The position numbers and the translations under genes were made by a program. From an uncultured Fibrobacteria bacterium (lineage in GTDB: Bacteria > Fibrobacterota > Fibrobacteria > UBA11236): a stretch of 64,000 bases of DNA. The notes beneath the pieces are model-generated. The model made no database searches and was not told where the DNA came from. It saw nothing but the letters and a program-made list of their open reading frames with translations. Below are positions 54,508 through 64,000 of the stretch, piece by piece. The DNA is taken from contig OY970309.1 of assembly GCA_963716395.1 (NCBI GenBank), forward strand, positions 896,001 to 960,000. Direction: 5' to 3'. Within the stretch, counting starts at the first letter, position 1, and the number at the start of each line of letters is the position of its first letter.

Positions 54508-54921
54508 CTATTTCTTTTCCGGCGGCTTGGGCGCCGTCTTCTTCGCCGCGCTGTCGTCGTCATGACCCTGCCAGGCGCAATGCTCCGGCCCCATGTCCTC
54601 GTCGCCCTTTCCCATGTCCTCTTCTTTGGCGCAAGGCAACTCTTCGCTCTTTTTGAGATTGAGATTCTTGTCGTAGCGGTAGAGATGCATGCCGCACAGC
54701 ACGATGACGCCCCCGTCGGCGGTGGCCACCATTTGCGGGCCCCGCAGGTCGATGGGGCACGCGGGCCCCATCATGGGGTGACCCATCATGGCGTGGTGCT
54801 CCCACATCTTATGATGGGCGGCATGCATGGGAGCGGACGAATCGGCGGCGGGAGGATTGGCGCCAGCCAACGGGGCGCAGAACAGGGCGGCGGCGAGGAA
54901 GACGAAATTTTGGGATCGCAT
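54508..54921 (-). CDS. exported His/Met-rich hypothetical protein
   Basis: signal peptide; MHAAHHKMWEHHAMMGHPMMG. Confidence 0.55.
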   Translation of the reverse strand: MRSQNFVFLAAALFCAPLAGANPPAADSSAPMHAAHHKMWEHHAMMGHPMMGPACPIDLRGPQMVATADGGVIVLCGMHLYRYDKNLNLKKSEELPCAKEEDMGKGDEDMGPEHCAWQGHDDDSAAKKTAPKPPEKK

Positions 54922-55009
54922 GCGAATTCCTTTCGAAGAGATGCTGGTCGACGACACCTCTGAAAATTACAAGGGGCGCGCGCCAAAGTCATGCCGCGTC
55001 CAGCCGCGT

Positions 55010-55852
55010 TTAGCGAAAGTGATATTCGGGGTTGTTCTCCGAAAACGCGTCGGACGGCAGCGGCGGATTCAATTCCAAAAAGTGGTATTCATACCGTTCG
55101 AACAACCCGTGGCCATCCGACACGCTTTCCATGACCGGCAGGGACGTGGCGCGATCGACGCACACCTCGAGGCGCGGGGCATAGGCCGTGGGGACGAGGA
55201 GGCGGCGGCCGGCCGGAATTTCCGCCAAAGGTTTAAGGCCGGGATTCTCGCCCAGAATCCGGAAGGCGGAAAGCTGAAAACTTTTTGCGATATCCAGCAC
55301 GCTTTCCGGCTTTTCCACGGGAAGCGTGTCCTCGCCGAAAGCGGAATCGATCAGGGCGATGCGGTCGCACGGGCGACCGTCGAGACTGTCGAGGCCGAGG
55401 TTGCGCACCTGGTACAGCCCCTCTCGCAAACCCGCGGCCACGATGGCGGCGATGTATCCCGGCTGTACGTCGAACAGGGGGTGATGCCCGGTCCACAATG
55501 CGGATCCGTAAGGATCGAGCTTGACGGTAAAAAAGGGGAACCCGCGCGGATGCACCAGGGCCTTGCCGCCGAACCGGCCCGCATCCCACAGAACTTCGAC
55601 GCCGCTTTTGGGCGCGATGATTTTGGCATACAGGCGCAAGGGATGCAGCGCCAACGTCACGGTTTCATCACCCCGGTGCGTCTGGGTGCCCTCCCGTTCG
55701 CAATCGCGCAATTCGAAGCGCAAATCACGCACCTGCGGCACGGCACGCAGCATGGTCTGCAAAATTTTGACCGCCGTCGAATCCCCGGCGCCCTGGGCGG
55801 ACAACACGCCCAGCAGCCCGAAACCGGCCATTAGCAATCGGCGCGGCTTCAC
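55010..55852 (-). CDS. exported DUF1571-like protein with LysM-like insert
   Basis: signal peptide; GVEVLW, VEKPESVLDIAKSF..NPGL, GLFERYEY. Confidence 0.55.
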   Translation of the reverse strand: MKPRRLLMAGFGLLGVLSAQGAGDSTAVKILQTMLRAVPQVRDLRFELRDCEREGTQTHRGDETVTLALHPLRLYAKIIAPKSGVEVLWDAGRFGGKALVHPRGFPFFTVKLDPYGSALWTGHHPLFDVQPGYIAAIVAAGLREGLYQVRNLGLDSLDGRPCDRIALIDSAFGEDTLPVEKPESVLDIAKSFQLSAFRILGENPGLKPLAEIPAGRRLLVPTAYAPRLEVCVDRATSLPVMESVSDGHGLFERYEYHFLELNPPLPSDAFSENNPEYHFR

Positions 55853-55906
55853 GGGTTCCTCATCTCCCCGGCGGGCGACGTGGGCCGCAGGGCCGGGGCA
55901 ACATGG

Positions 55907-56410
55907 CTAAAGAATCACCGGCGCATCGGGCAATTCGTTGCGCCCGCCGTCCGCATGGGGAAAATGCCGTTCCAACTGCTCCGTCACTTCCGCGATACCC
56001 TGGGCCAACCCCGCTTCGAAACGGCCCTGGCGAAAGGCGGCTTGCATGCGCCCGCAGATTTCCCGCCAGACGGCGGCGCCGACTACGCGGTGCACACCTC
56101 GGTCCGCCACGATCTCGACTTGCCGGTCGGCGAACAGGAGATAGAGCAGCACGCCGTTGTTGGCTTCGGTATCCCAAATCCGAAGCTGCGAAAAAACTTC
56201 CAGGGCGCGCTCGCGGGCGGTCACCCCGCGCCACAACCGCGGCAATTCGAGCGCGGCTTCAAGGGCCAGCCGGACCTGCCCGCTGTGCCGCTTTTCGCTG
56301 GCCGCCGTGGCCTGCGTCAATCGCTGCAAGGCGGCTTTGGGCAGGGCCCGGCGCAAGGCGCGCCGCCCGTGCAATTCGTGTCGCATCCAACGTGTCACGT
56401 TCCAGTCCAT
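55907..56410 (-). CDS. TPM-domain protein
   Basis: SEKRHSGQVR, RERALEVFSQLRIWDTEANNGVLLY, NELPDAPVIL. Confidence 0.88.
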   Translation of the reverse strand: MDWNVTRWMRHELHGRRALRRALPKAALQRLTQATAASEKRHSGQVRLALEAALELPRLWRGVTARERALEVFSQLRIWDTEANNGVLLYLLFADRQVEIVADRGVHRVVGAAVWREICGRMQAAFRQGRFEAGLAQGIAEVTEQLERHFPHADGGRNELPDAPVIL

Positions 56411-56416
56411 AGTAAC

Positions 56417-57316
56417 CTACCAGTTCCCCGAGGCGCCGCCGCCGCCGAAGGAGCCGCCACCGCCGCCGAAGCCCCCGCCGCCCCCGAAACCGCCGCCGCC
56501 GAAGCCCCCGCCGCCGAAGCCCCCGCCGCCAAAACCACCCGGATAAAAGCCGCCGCCCCCGAACATTCCCCCGCCGCCCATCAGCACGAACACAAAGGCG
56601 CATAAACCCAGCACCACGCTGAGTATCAGCGAACCGAGCACGAACCAGATGGCGAATCCGAGCAGAATGCCGCCCAAGGCGCCGCCGAAAATGCGGCCGA
56701 ACAACATGCGCAACACCACGATTCCGGCGATAGCCAAAATCAACAAAGTTTGCAGGGGAAAGCGACCCGGACCGGAAGCGGGGGGTGTTTTCGGCGGCGG
56801 CAGAGGTTCTCCCGAAACCACCTTGCCCACGGCCTGCACCACGGCCTGAATGCCGCCGTAGAAATCGCCCTGCTTGAATTGCGGGGCCGCAATTTCGTCG
56901 ATGATGCGGTTGCACAAGGCATCGGGCAAGGCGCCTTCGAGGCCGTAGCCGACTTCGAGACGCATGGCATGATCGTTTTTGGCGATGAGGAAAAGCACGC
57001 CATCGTCGACTTTTTTCCGGCCCAATTTCCAGGCCTCGACCACGCGCAGCGAATATTGCTCAATGGCCTCGGGCTTGGTCGTCGGCACGATGAGCACCGC
57101 GATTTGGGCGCCCTTGCTTTTTTCCAGGGCGGCCAATTGCGCTTCCAGCGTGCCGATTTGATCGGCGGACAGGGTGCCGGTCTCATCGGTAACCCGTGCG
57201 CTTAGCGGAGGGATGGGTTGCAGGTCGATGGCCCGCACCGGTGTCGCCACCAGGCCCAGCAATCCGAGCGCGCCGACGCAGGCCAGCGTCACGCGCCGGT
57301 TACGCCGGTTAATCAT
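56417..57316 (-). CDS. TPM-domain (YgcG-like) protein with Gly-rich tail
   Basis: WKLGRKKVDDGVL, RLEVGYGLEGALPD, GGGFGGGG...GASGNW. Confidence 0.9.
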   Translation of the reverse strand: MINRRNRRVTLACVGALGLLGLVATPVRAIDLQPIPPLSARVTDETGTLSADQIGTLEAQLAALEKSKGAQIAVLIVPTTKPEAIEQYSLRVVEAWKLGRKKVDDGVLFLIAKNDHAMRLEVGYGLEGALPDALCNRIIDEIAAPQFKQGDFYGGIQAVVQAVGKVVSGEPLPPPKTPPASGPGRFPLQTLLILAIAGIVVLRMLFGRIFGGALGGILLGFAIWFVLGSLILSVVLGLCAFVFVLMGGGGMFGGGGFYPGGFGGGGFGGGGFGGGGFGGGGGFGGGGGSFGGGGASGNW

Positions 57317-57965
57317 GGGCCGGGGATGCGGGCGCGGCGGCCGGGGGCGTGTCGAAATCAACCTTGGGCGCGGTGGAAATCGCGGCTTCGTTCTCCACCG
57401 AAAAATTGGCCTTGGGGGTGTAATGGAACCACTTGGCCGTCAGGTTCGAGGGAAAAGAGCGCACCAGAATGTTGTACTGTTTCACGGCATCGATATAGCG
57501 GCCGCGCGCCACGGTGATGCGGTTCTCGGTACCTTCAAGTTGGGCCTGCAAATCGCGGAACAAGCCGTCGGCCTTGAGCTGCGGGTAATTCTCCGACACG
57601 GCCATGAGGCGCGACAACGCGCCGGTCATCTGGCTCTGCGCCGCCATGAACTTCGCGAAAGCGGCCTTGTCGTTGATGAGCGCCGGCGTGGCCTGAATCG
57701 AACCCACCCGCGCGCGGGCTTCGGCAACCTCGGAGAACACCTTCTCTTCGTGGGCTGCGTAGCCCTTGACCACCCGCACCAGGTTGGGCACCAAATCGGC
57801 GCGTCGCTGGTATTGGTTCACCACTTCGGACCATTGCGCCTTGACCTGCTCATCGAGCTGTTGAAAGCGGTTATAGCCGCAGCCGGCCAGGCCCAGCGCC
57901 AAGAGGCCGAACACGAAGGCGCGCCAGCGGCGCGGGAAGGAAGGGGAAATGGAAAAATTGTTCAT
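57309..57965 (-). CDS. lemA: LemA-family lipoprotein
   Basis: YQRRADLVPNLV, ENYPQLKA, LEGTENRI. Confidence 0.93.
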   Translation of the reverse strand: MNNFSISPSFPRRWRAFVFGLLALGLAGCGYNRFQQLDEQVKAQWSEVVNQYQRRADLVPNLVRVVKGYAAHEEKVFSEVAEARARVGSIQATPALINDKAAFAKFMAAQSQMTGALSRLMAVSENYPQLKADGLFRDLQAQLEGTENRITVARGRYIDAVKQYNILVRSFPSNLTAKWFHYTPKANFSVENEAAISTAPKVDFDTPPAAAPASPAHD

Positions 57966-58063
57966 GAGGACTCTCCCGGAATGCGTTCCGAAAAAGATAC
58001 CCAACGCGTCGCCTCGTCGGCGTTTCTAATTTTTTTCCGGTTCCACTGCCCTCCGGGAAAACC

Positions 58064-58966
58064 GTGCACGCCTTTCTTCAGCAAATCATCAACGGCATTT
58101 CCCTGGGCAGCATCTACGCTTTGCTGGCCTTGGGATATACCATGGTCTACGGCGTATTGCGCCTGATCAATTTCGCGCACGGCGACATCTATATGGTCGG
58201 CGCCTTCGTCGGATATTACACCAGCCGCGTTTTGCACGGGCGGCTGCCCGGCGGGCATTGGAGCGAAACCGCGGTGGTCCTGGCCATATCCATGCTGAGT
58301 TGCGCGGTGCTGGGCATGCTCATTGAACGCTTCGCCTACCGGCCGGTGCGCAACGCCCCGCGTCTTACCGCCCTCATCATCGCCATCGGCGTTTCGCTCT
58401 TCCTGGAAAACCTGGGGCAACTCGTGTTCGGCGCCGATCCCAAATTCTTTCCCCAAATCATTCCCGCGCGGCCCATCGCCCTGGGTGGGTTGTCGCTCAG
58501 CAACCAGCAGGTCATCGTGCTGGCTGTGGCGCTGGCAATGATGGCGGGCCTCAGCGTTTTCGTGTACTACACCAGAACCGGCAAGGCCATGCGCGCCGTC
58601 TCGTTCAACCTTGAAGCCGCCAAACTCATGGGCATTGATACCGACGGCGTGATTCGCCTCACCTTCGCCGTGGGATCGGCCCTGGCCGCGGCCGCGGGCA
58701 TTCTGGTGTCGCTGAACCAGCCGGGCATCGATCCGCTCATGGGGGTGCTCACCGGCATCAAGGCCTTCGTGGCCGCCGTGCTGGGCGGCATCGGCAACAT
58801 CGTAGGCGCGGTGCTGGGCGGGTTGATTCTCGGCCTGGCCGAAACCCTGGTCGCGGGATACGGGTCGTCGACCTACCGCGACGCCATTGCCTTTCTCATT
58901 CTTATCGCCATCCTGCTGTTCAAGCCCGAAGGCCTGCTCGGCAAGGGAACTGTTGAGAAGGTGTGA
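58064..58966 (+). CDS. livH: branched-chain amino acid ABC permease
   Basis: GSIYALLALGYTMVYGVLRLINFAHGD, KAFVAAVLGGIG. Confidence 0.93.
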   Translation: MHAFLQQIINGISLGSIYALLALGYTMVYGVLRLINFAHGDIYMVGAFVGYYTSRVLHGRLPGGHWSETAVVLAISMLSCAVLGMLIERFAYRPVRNAPRLTALIIAIGVSLFLENLGQLVFGADPKFFPQIIPARPIALGGLSLSNQQVIVLAVALAMMAGLSVFVYYTRTGKAMRAVSFNLEAAKLMGIDTDGVIRLTFAVGSALAAAAGILVSLNQPGIDPLMGVLTGIKAFVAAVLGGIGNIVGAVLGGLILGLAETLVAGYGSSTYRDAIAFLILIAILLFKPEGLLGKGTVEKV

Positions 58967-59122
58967 TTGATAGAAAATGAAAATTTCCAAGCGCGAAGTT
59001 CAAATTGAATTCGAGGGTGCACGGTTACCCGAATGCAAACGCATCTCCAATTCGCTTGGCAAAATTTGTATCGGGCGCTTTGCACGTTGCAAATTGCCTT
59101 GCGCCCCCCGACAGGGTCGCTT

Positions 59123-60100
59123 GTGAAGCGCTGGCTGTGGATACTCGGCACCATCGCCGGCTTGGCTTTGTTCAGCCGCGGCGTGGACGCATTTCTGCTG
59201 ACAGGCCCGATTCGCGAAGGTCCCTACTTTTACCAGATTCTGATGCTGGCCGGTATCAACATCATGCTGGCGGTGTCGCTGAACCTCATCAACGGCGTCG
59301 CCGGGCAGTTCTCCATCGGCCATGCCGGCTTTTTCGCGGTGGGGGCCTATAGCGCGGCCTGCGTCTCCGTATACGGCGGTCCCGGCCTGCACGCCTTGAT
59401 CGGGGCCGCGCCCCAATGGGTGCAGCCGGCCCTGATTCTGCTTCCGGCCTTGGCGGTCGGCGCCGGGGCGGCGGCCGCGGCGGGATTACTGGTCGGCATT
59501 CCCTCGCTGCGCCTGCGCGGGGATTACCTGGCCATCGTCACTTTGGGGTTCGGCGAAATCATCCGCGTGCTCATCCTCAACATCAATGCGGTGGGCGGCG
59601 CGCGCGGATTCAGCGGCATTCCCAAACTCAGCAATTTCTTCTGGGTGTACGCCGGGGTTTTGGCGGTCATCGTGGTCTCGCGCAACCTGGTGCGCTCGGG
59701 ATTCGGCCGCGCCCTGCTTTCCATCCGCGAAGACGAAATCGCCGCCGAAGCGGTGGGGGTGCCTGTGACCCGCTACAAGGTGATGGCCTTCGTGCTCTCC
59801 GCGGCCTTTGCGGGATTGGCCGGTGGGTTGTTCGGCCATTTCACCATGTACCTGCACACCAATTCCTTTACCTTCGTGAAAAGCTTCGAGATCATCATCA
59901 TGATCGCGCTCGGCGGCCTGGGCAGTTTGCCCGGCGCCGTATTGGGTGCGATCGTGGTCACGGTTATGCCCGAAGCCTTTCGGGGATTCGCGCAGTACCG
60001 CATGGTGGTGTACGCGCTGGCGCTCATCCTCATCATGATTTACCGCCCCCAGGGACTGCTCGGCACCGCCGGCTTGCTGGGCCGCAAACGCGATTCCTGA
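59123..60100 (+). CDS. livM: branched-chain amino acid ABC permease
   Basis: GQFSIGHAGFF, LRLRGDYLAIVTLGFGEI; GTG start estimated. Confidence 0.9.
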   Translation: MKRWLWILGTIAGLALFSRGVDAFLLTGPIREGPYFYQILMLAGINIMLAVSLNLINGVAGQFSIGHAGFFAVGAYSAACVSVYGGPGLHALIGAAPQWVQPALILLPALAVGAGAAAAAGLLVGIPSLRLRGDYLAIVTLGFGEIIRVLILNINAVGGARGFSGIPKLSNFFWVYAGVLAVIVVSRNLVRSGFGRALLSIREDEIAAEAVGVPVTRYKVMAFVLSAAFAGLAGGLFGHFTMYLHTNSFTFVKSFEIIIMIALGGLGSLPGAVLGAIVVTVMPEAFRGFAQYRMVVYALALILIMIYRPQGLLGTAGLLGRKRDS

Positions 60101-60861
60101 TGGCCCTGTTGCGCCTCGACCGCGTGACGCGCCGCTTCGGCGGCCTGACGGCCGTGCAGAACGTTTCGTTCGCCATCGCGCCGGGACAGTTGTTCGGGCT
60201 CATCGGTCCCAACGGCGCGGGTAAAACCACCCTGTTCAACCTGGTGTCCGGCGTATACGCCCCCAACTCGGGTTCCATCGCGTTGGAAACGCGCTCCATC
60301 GGGGGGCTGCCGCCGCATCGCATCGCCGGTTTCGGCGTGGCCCGCACCTTTCAGAACATCCGCCTCTTCAGCGGCTTGAGCGCGCTCGACAACGTCAAGG
60401 TGGCCTGCCATCTGCGCGCGCATCCCTCGCTATGGGCTGCCTTGGGGCGCACCGCCGGCTTTACGCGCAGCGAACGCGACACCGAGGACTTCTGCCGGCA
60501 TCTGCTGGAGCTGCTCCAGCTCGCAACCTATGCCGGCGAGGAGGCGCGCCATCTGCCCTACGGCCATCAACGGCGTCTCGAAATCGCGCGCGCCCTGGCC
60601 ACCCGGCCCAAACTGCTGCTGCTCGACGAGCCCGCGGCCGGCATGAACCCGCAGGAGTCGCAGGACCTCATGCAATTGATCCGCCGGCTGCGCGACGAAT
60701 TCCACCTGACCATTCTGTTGGTGGAGCACAACATGAAGGTGGTCATGGGCGTCTGCGAACGCGTACACGTCATGGAATACGGCCAAAGCATCGCCGAAGG
60801 CACGCCCGAGGAAATCCGCCGCGATCCCAAGGTGGTGCGCGCTTATCTGGGGGAAGAGTGA
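60100..60861 (+). CDS. livG: branched-chain amino acid ABC ATPase
   Basis: FGGLTAV, GPNGAGKTT, RTFQNIRLF, LPYGHQRRLEIARAL. Confidence 0.94.
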   Translation: MALLRLDRVTRRFGGLTAVQNVSFAIAPGQLFGLIGPNGAGKTTLFNLVSGVYAPNSGSIALETRSIGGLPPHRIAGFGVARTFQNIRLFSGLSALDNVKVACHLRAHPSLWAALGRTAGFTRSERDTEDFCRHLLELLQLATYAGEEARHLPYGHQRRLEIARALATRPKLLLLDEPAAGMNPQESQDLMQLIRRLRDEFHLTILLVEHNMKVVMGVCERVHVMEYGQSIAEGTPEEIRRDPKVVRAYLGEE

Positions 60862-61044
60862 CGCCGATGCCATGGCAAAATTCAAAGTGCCGTTCGGGAA
60901 AAGCCGCGATCCCTTCGGCCGGGCGAATCGGTTGTGTGGCTCCAGCCTTACCCCCCTGTTGGCGCGCAATTATTACATGTGATTACCGTATCCAAATTTT
61001 ACAATTTAAATTTCACGCTTTGCCGTTGGCTGTTTGATTTCCGG

Positions 61045-61758
61045 ATGTCCCACCTGCTCGATCTCCGCCGCGTCTCCTGCCGTTACGGCGCCGTGCAAGC
61101 ACTGCGCGGCGTGCATCTCAAAGTCGACGCCGGCGAAATGGTGACCCTCATCGGCGCCAACGGCGCGGGCAAAAGCACCACGCTGAAATCCATCGTCGGC
61201 TTGGTCCGCCCCGAAGCCGGTGAAATCCTGTTCGAAGGCCGTTCGCTGCTGAAAATTCCCACCCATCGCATCGTCGGCCTGGGCATCGCATTGGTGCCTG
61301 AAGGCCGCGCAGTGTTCGCCAATCTCACGGTGCGCGAAAATCTGGAACTGGGCGGTTACCTGCGCCGCGCCGCTGAAAACCGCAGCAGCCTGGAACGCAC
61401 CTTCGCCTTGTTTCCCCGCCTGCAAGAAAGAATCCGCCAGGTGGCGGGAACGTTGAGCGGCGGCGAGCAGCAAATGCTGGCTATCGGGCGCGCGCTGATG
61501 GCCAAGCCGCGTCTGCTGTTGCTCGACGAACCGTCGCTGGGCATTGCGCCGATCTTGGTGAAGTCCATCTATCAGGGTATCGACGCCATCAACCGCGAAG
61601 GCACCACCGTGCTGGTGGTGGAGCAGAACGCGCATCTGGCGCTGCGCCACAGCCATCGCGCCTATGTACTGGAATCCGGAAGCATGGTGATGGAAGGGAC
61701 GTCGGGCGATTTAGCCCGGGATTCCCGCGTGCAAGAAGCCTATCTCGGCGAACGCTGA
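61045..61758 (+). CDS. livF: branched-chain amino acid ABC ATPase
   Basis: GANGAGKST, LSGGEQQMLAIGRALM, DEPSLG. Confidence 0.94.
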   Translation: MSHLLDLRRVSCRYGAVQALRGVHLKVDAGEMVTLIGANGAGKSTTLKSIVGLVRPEAGEILFEGRSLLKIPTHRIVGLGIALVPEGRAVFANLTVRENLELGGYLRRAAENRSSLERTFALFPRLQERIRQVAGTLSGGEQQMLAIGRALMAKPRLLLLDEPSLGIAPILVKSIYQGIDAINREGTTVLVVEQNAHLALRHSHRAYVLESGSMVMEGTSGDLARDSRVQEAYLGER

Positions 61759-61775
61759 AGAGGCCGGAAACGCCC

Positions 61776-62138
61776 CTATTTGTATTTCGGCAGCCAGGCG
61801 AAGAGGAAACCGCTTTCGAACCAGACATGAATGTCTTCGGCGCGGATGGCTCCCGGCAGGCGGAAGGTTTTGTGAAAGCCGGCCGGGTGCGCACCGCGGC
61901 AACAGCCGGACAATTCCAGCAAGCCGTGGCGAAAGGCGATGCGCACGTCTTCGCGGCCGCAGTCGGGCATTTCGGCCAGCAGCAAAAAGCCGTCTTCGTC
62001 GTTCAACACCTTGGCCGGCGGAAACAATTCGTTTTCCGCTTCAGAAATGTCCGGCATTTCGTACAGAGTCGTCCGACCCCATCCCGCGTGGCGCCAATCA
62101 TCGAATTCATCCATCCCTTTGCGCATCGGCTCCTCCAT
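61776..62138 (-). CDS. divergent Hsp20-family protein
   Basis: LAEMPDC..EDVRI..GLLELSG..FHKTFRLP..GFLFAWLPK. Confidence 0.65.
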   Translation of the reverse strand: MEEPMRKGMDEFDDWRHAGWGRTTLYEMPDISEAENELFPPAKVLNDEDGFLLLAEMPDCGREDVRIAFRHGLLELSGCCRGAHPAGFHKTFRLPGAIRAEDIHVWFESGFLFAWLPKYK

Positions 62139-62305
62139 GTGTGATGTTTGAAACATTTATGTTACAGACTTTCAGAACCCGGCAGATTTTTGGGTTCTTT
62201 CAAACTATCAAGACCGAATGGCGCGGAGGCGGGTTTGCCGCGATGGCGGGGAGCGTGAAACGATTTGTTACCCGGTCTCAACAATTCGAATCAAACCGGA
62301 CACCC

Positions 62306-62320
62306 GCAAAGGTGGTGCCA
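62306..62320 (-). promoter_or_regulatory. sigma54 promoter upstream of the second hsp20
   Basis: minus strand TGGCACCACCTTTGC, consensus TGGCAC-N5-TTGC. Confidence 0.65.
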
Positions 62321-62338
62321 TGACTCGAACAAAACCGG

Positions 62339-62866
62339 TCAGATCTTGACCGCATTCCGGGCCGAAACGCGGCGCCGGGAAGGAGAAGGGCGGCTCACGA
62401 CCGAGAGGCGGTATTCTTTCGCCGCCTCGACTAAAGCCCGTTTCATGCGGAGCAAAACCCCGGAAAAATGCGCGGCAATCCCCGTCGGCAACCCGCGCAG
62501 CGCCCGCTGATTTAATTCGGCGATGGCCCGATGAATTTTGGGCAGCGCCCTATCAGCCTTGGGCGTCAAGACAATTAAATGCTTGCGACGATCGGTACGG
62601 CTGGGACGGCGGCGAATGAATCCGGCCGCGGCCAAGTAATCCAAAATTCCCACCATGGAAACCTTATCGATTTCCAGCAGGTTCGCCAGTTCCTGCTGCG
62701 TCAACTTTCCGCCGTGTTCCGCAATCACCGCCAGCAGGAAATAGTGCCGGCGAATGCCCAGGCCCTGCAAGCGTGCAGCCAACGCTTCCATATATTGTTT
62801 GGAAACCTTGTTCAGCTGCAACCACAGCGGCAACTCTTTGGAAACACCGGGCGGTTTGGATTTCAT
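62339..62866 (-). CDS. MarR-family transcriptional regulator
   Basis: LTQQELANLLEIDK..DRRKHLIVLT. Confidence 0.88.
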   Translation of the reverse strand: MKSKPPGVSKELPLWLQLNKVSKQYMEALAARLQGLGIRRHYFLLAVIAEHGGKLTQQELANLLEIDKVSMVGILDYLAAAGFIRRRPSRTDRRKHLIVLTPKADRALPKIHRAIAELNQRALRGLPTGIAAHFSGVLLRMKRALVEAAKEYRLSVVSRPSPSRRRVSARNAVKI

Positions 62867-62996
62867 GGCTTGCCAACGTAACAACACACCCTCTTTTCGA
62901 GGAATTTCCAAGTCCATTTATTTGGATTTGACCTGATTTTTAACATCCGCGCGCCCTTGACTTTCCGCGGGCGCTTCAGTAGGTTAATAAGTGTAA

Positions 62997-63015
62997 TAGT
63001 TATCATAATTAACTA
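62997..63015. promoter_or_regulatory. putative MarR operator
   Basis: TAGTTA-N7-TAACTA palindrome immediately before ATG 63018, in the divergent intergenic region. Confidence 0.5.
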
Positions 63016-63017
63016 AT

Positions 63018-63764
63018 ATGAAAAAAACCGCTGCCGCGCCGGGGAAAACCAGAAAGAGGGGCCACGCGGTGTCCCATTTCGCGGGGCCGTTGCTGGCCGC
63101 CGCCTTGCTTTCATTAGGAACGGGCTGTTCCCAGGGCAGATTGGGAATGACTCCGCATAACGGAAACCAGCGATTGGATGTTCTGACCTCCTTCACTCTC
63201 GCGGTTTCCCGGCGGGATTTCAAATCAGCAGTCAATCTCATGAGCCCTGGCGAACAGACCCGGTTCCTGGATCAAAACGGAAATTTCAAACCCGAATACG
63301 CCTCCCGCCTAGAAGCCCTGCAACTAGACGATATGGATCACAACCCCGATGTCGTGGTGAAAGACGGAAAGATCAGCGGAATTGGCTCCATGCTGCCCGT
63401 GGCTCTGGAAGGCCCGCCCATTACGCCGCAAGAGGTCAAGACCAGCGAAGCGGCCGCGTCCGCCGACAGCTTCGTCACCGCCGGACCCGCCAGGGTGCAA
63501 AAATCGGATCAACTGCACCGCACCGCCGAAGAGTTCTTCCGGTCCATCCACGACAAGAATTGGGAGCGCGCCCTGAGCTATGTCGACCCCGAAGAGCGCA
63601 AGGATTTTCTTGATACCAAAGGCGAAGTCAAAAGCGATGCCAAGCAAAGGCTGGGGCAGGTGGATACGAGTTCCTGGAGTTCACTGTCCTTACGTGACGG
63701 CAAATTGACCGGCATAGTTCTCATCATTCCGCCGCCCCCTCCGCCTCCCAGCGATTCCCCGTAG
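63018..63764 (+). CDS. hypothetical lipoprotein with internal duplication
   Basis: lipobox-like LGTGC; two similar ~65 aa units. Confidence 0.6.
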   Translation: MKKTAAAPGKTRKRGHAVSHFAGPLLAAALLSLGTGCSQGRLGMTPHNGNQRLDVLTSFTLAVSRRDFKSAVNLMSPGEQTRFLDQNGNFKPEYASRLEALQLDDMDHNPDVVVKDGKISGIGSMLPVALEGPPITPQEVKTSEAAASADSFVTAGPARVQKSDQLHRTAEEFFRSIHDKNWERALSYVDPEERKDFLDTKGEVKSDAKQRLGQVDTSSWSSLSLRDGKLTGIVLIIPPPPPPPSDSP

Positions 63765-64000
63765 GGAAACGTGAAAGTTTTCTAATCTCCGGGATACCGG
63801 GTTTTTCCTGCGTTGGCAAATTGGAAGGTGGGCAACGCCGACGGCGCGTTGCTGAAATTTGTATGGGCCTTCTTAAGGGTGCCTCTAATAATCCGTCCGC
63901 CGGAGGTCCGCCTTTGGGGGGTGAGAATGCGATTTTTAGAGGTACCCTTACGCCGCCCGGGCGACGCCCTGGGTACGGCGGTCATAGGCCGCCATGATAT

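Noticed and set aside
56420-56580. Tandem CCGCCGCCGAAGCC repeats
   Set aside because: They encode the ordinary Gly-rich tail of the TPM protein.
58064-61758. liv operon without a binding-protein gene
   Set aside because: livK/livJ genes are often unlinked, so this is not unusual.

Overview
A GC-rich bacterial chromosomal segment. It is mostly housekeeping and metabolic genes: cysDNC, lipA, plsC, rpsU, rimO, glmM-glmS-scpAB, an Rrf2-sbp-cysTW-YeeE/YedE-peroxiredoxin sulfur operon, glgX-treZ-treY, a surface-glycan cluster, lemA/TPM genes and livHMGF. The main accessory element is a complete type I-C CRISPR-Cas locus (about 13.97-26.67 kb; cas genes on the minus strand) with a 30-repeat/27-spacer array. 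It has three embedded extras: a divergent HTH-WYL regulator with two matching GTYTCA-N5-TGAGAC palindromes in the shared promoter region; an inverted UPF0175/DUF3368(PIN) toxin-antitoxin pair splitting cas3 from cas5; and a Bro-N gene overlapping both cas7 and cas4. Other signals read from the DNA include a shared putative Rrf2 box upstream of both sulfur operons and sigma54-type promoters upstream of both Hsp20 genes. There is also a sulfate ABC operon lacking cysA, a CDF-DUF2147 fusion, 7-bp periodic intergenic tracts, and an odd spacer composition that may be a consensus artefact. All calls come from motif recognition by eye; no searches were run.
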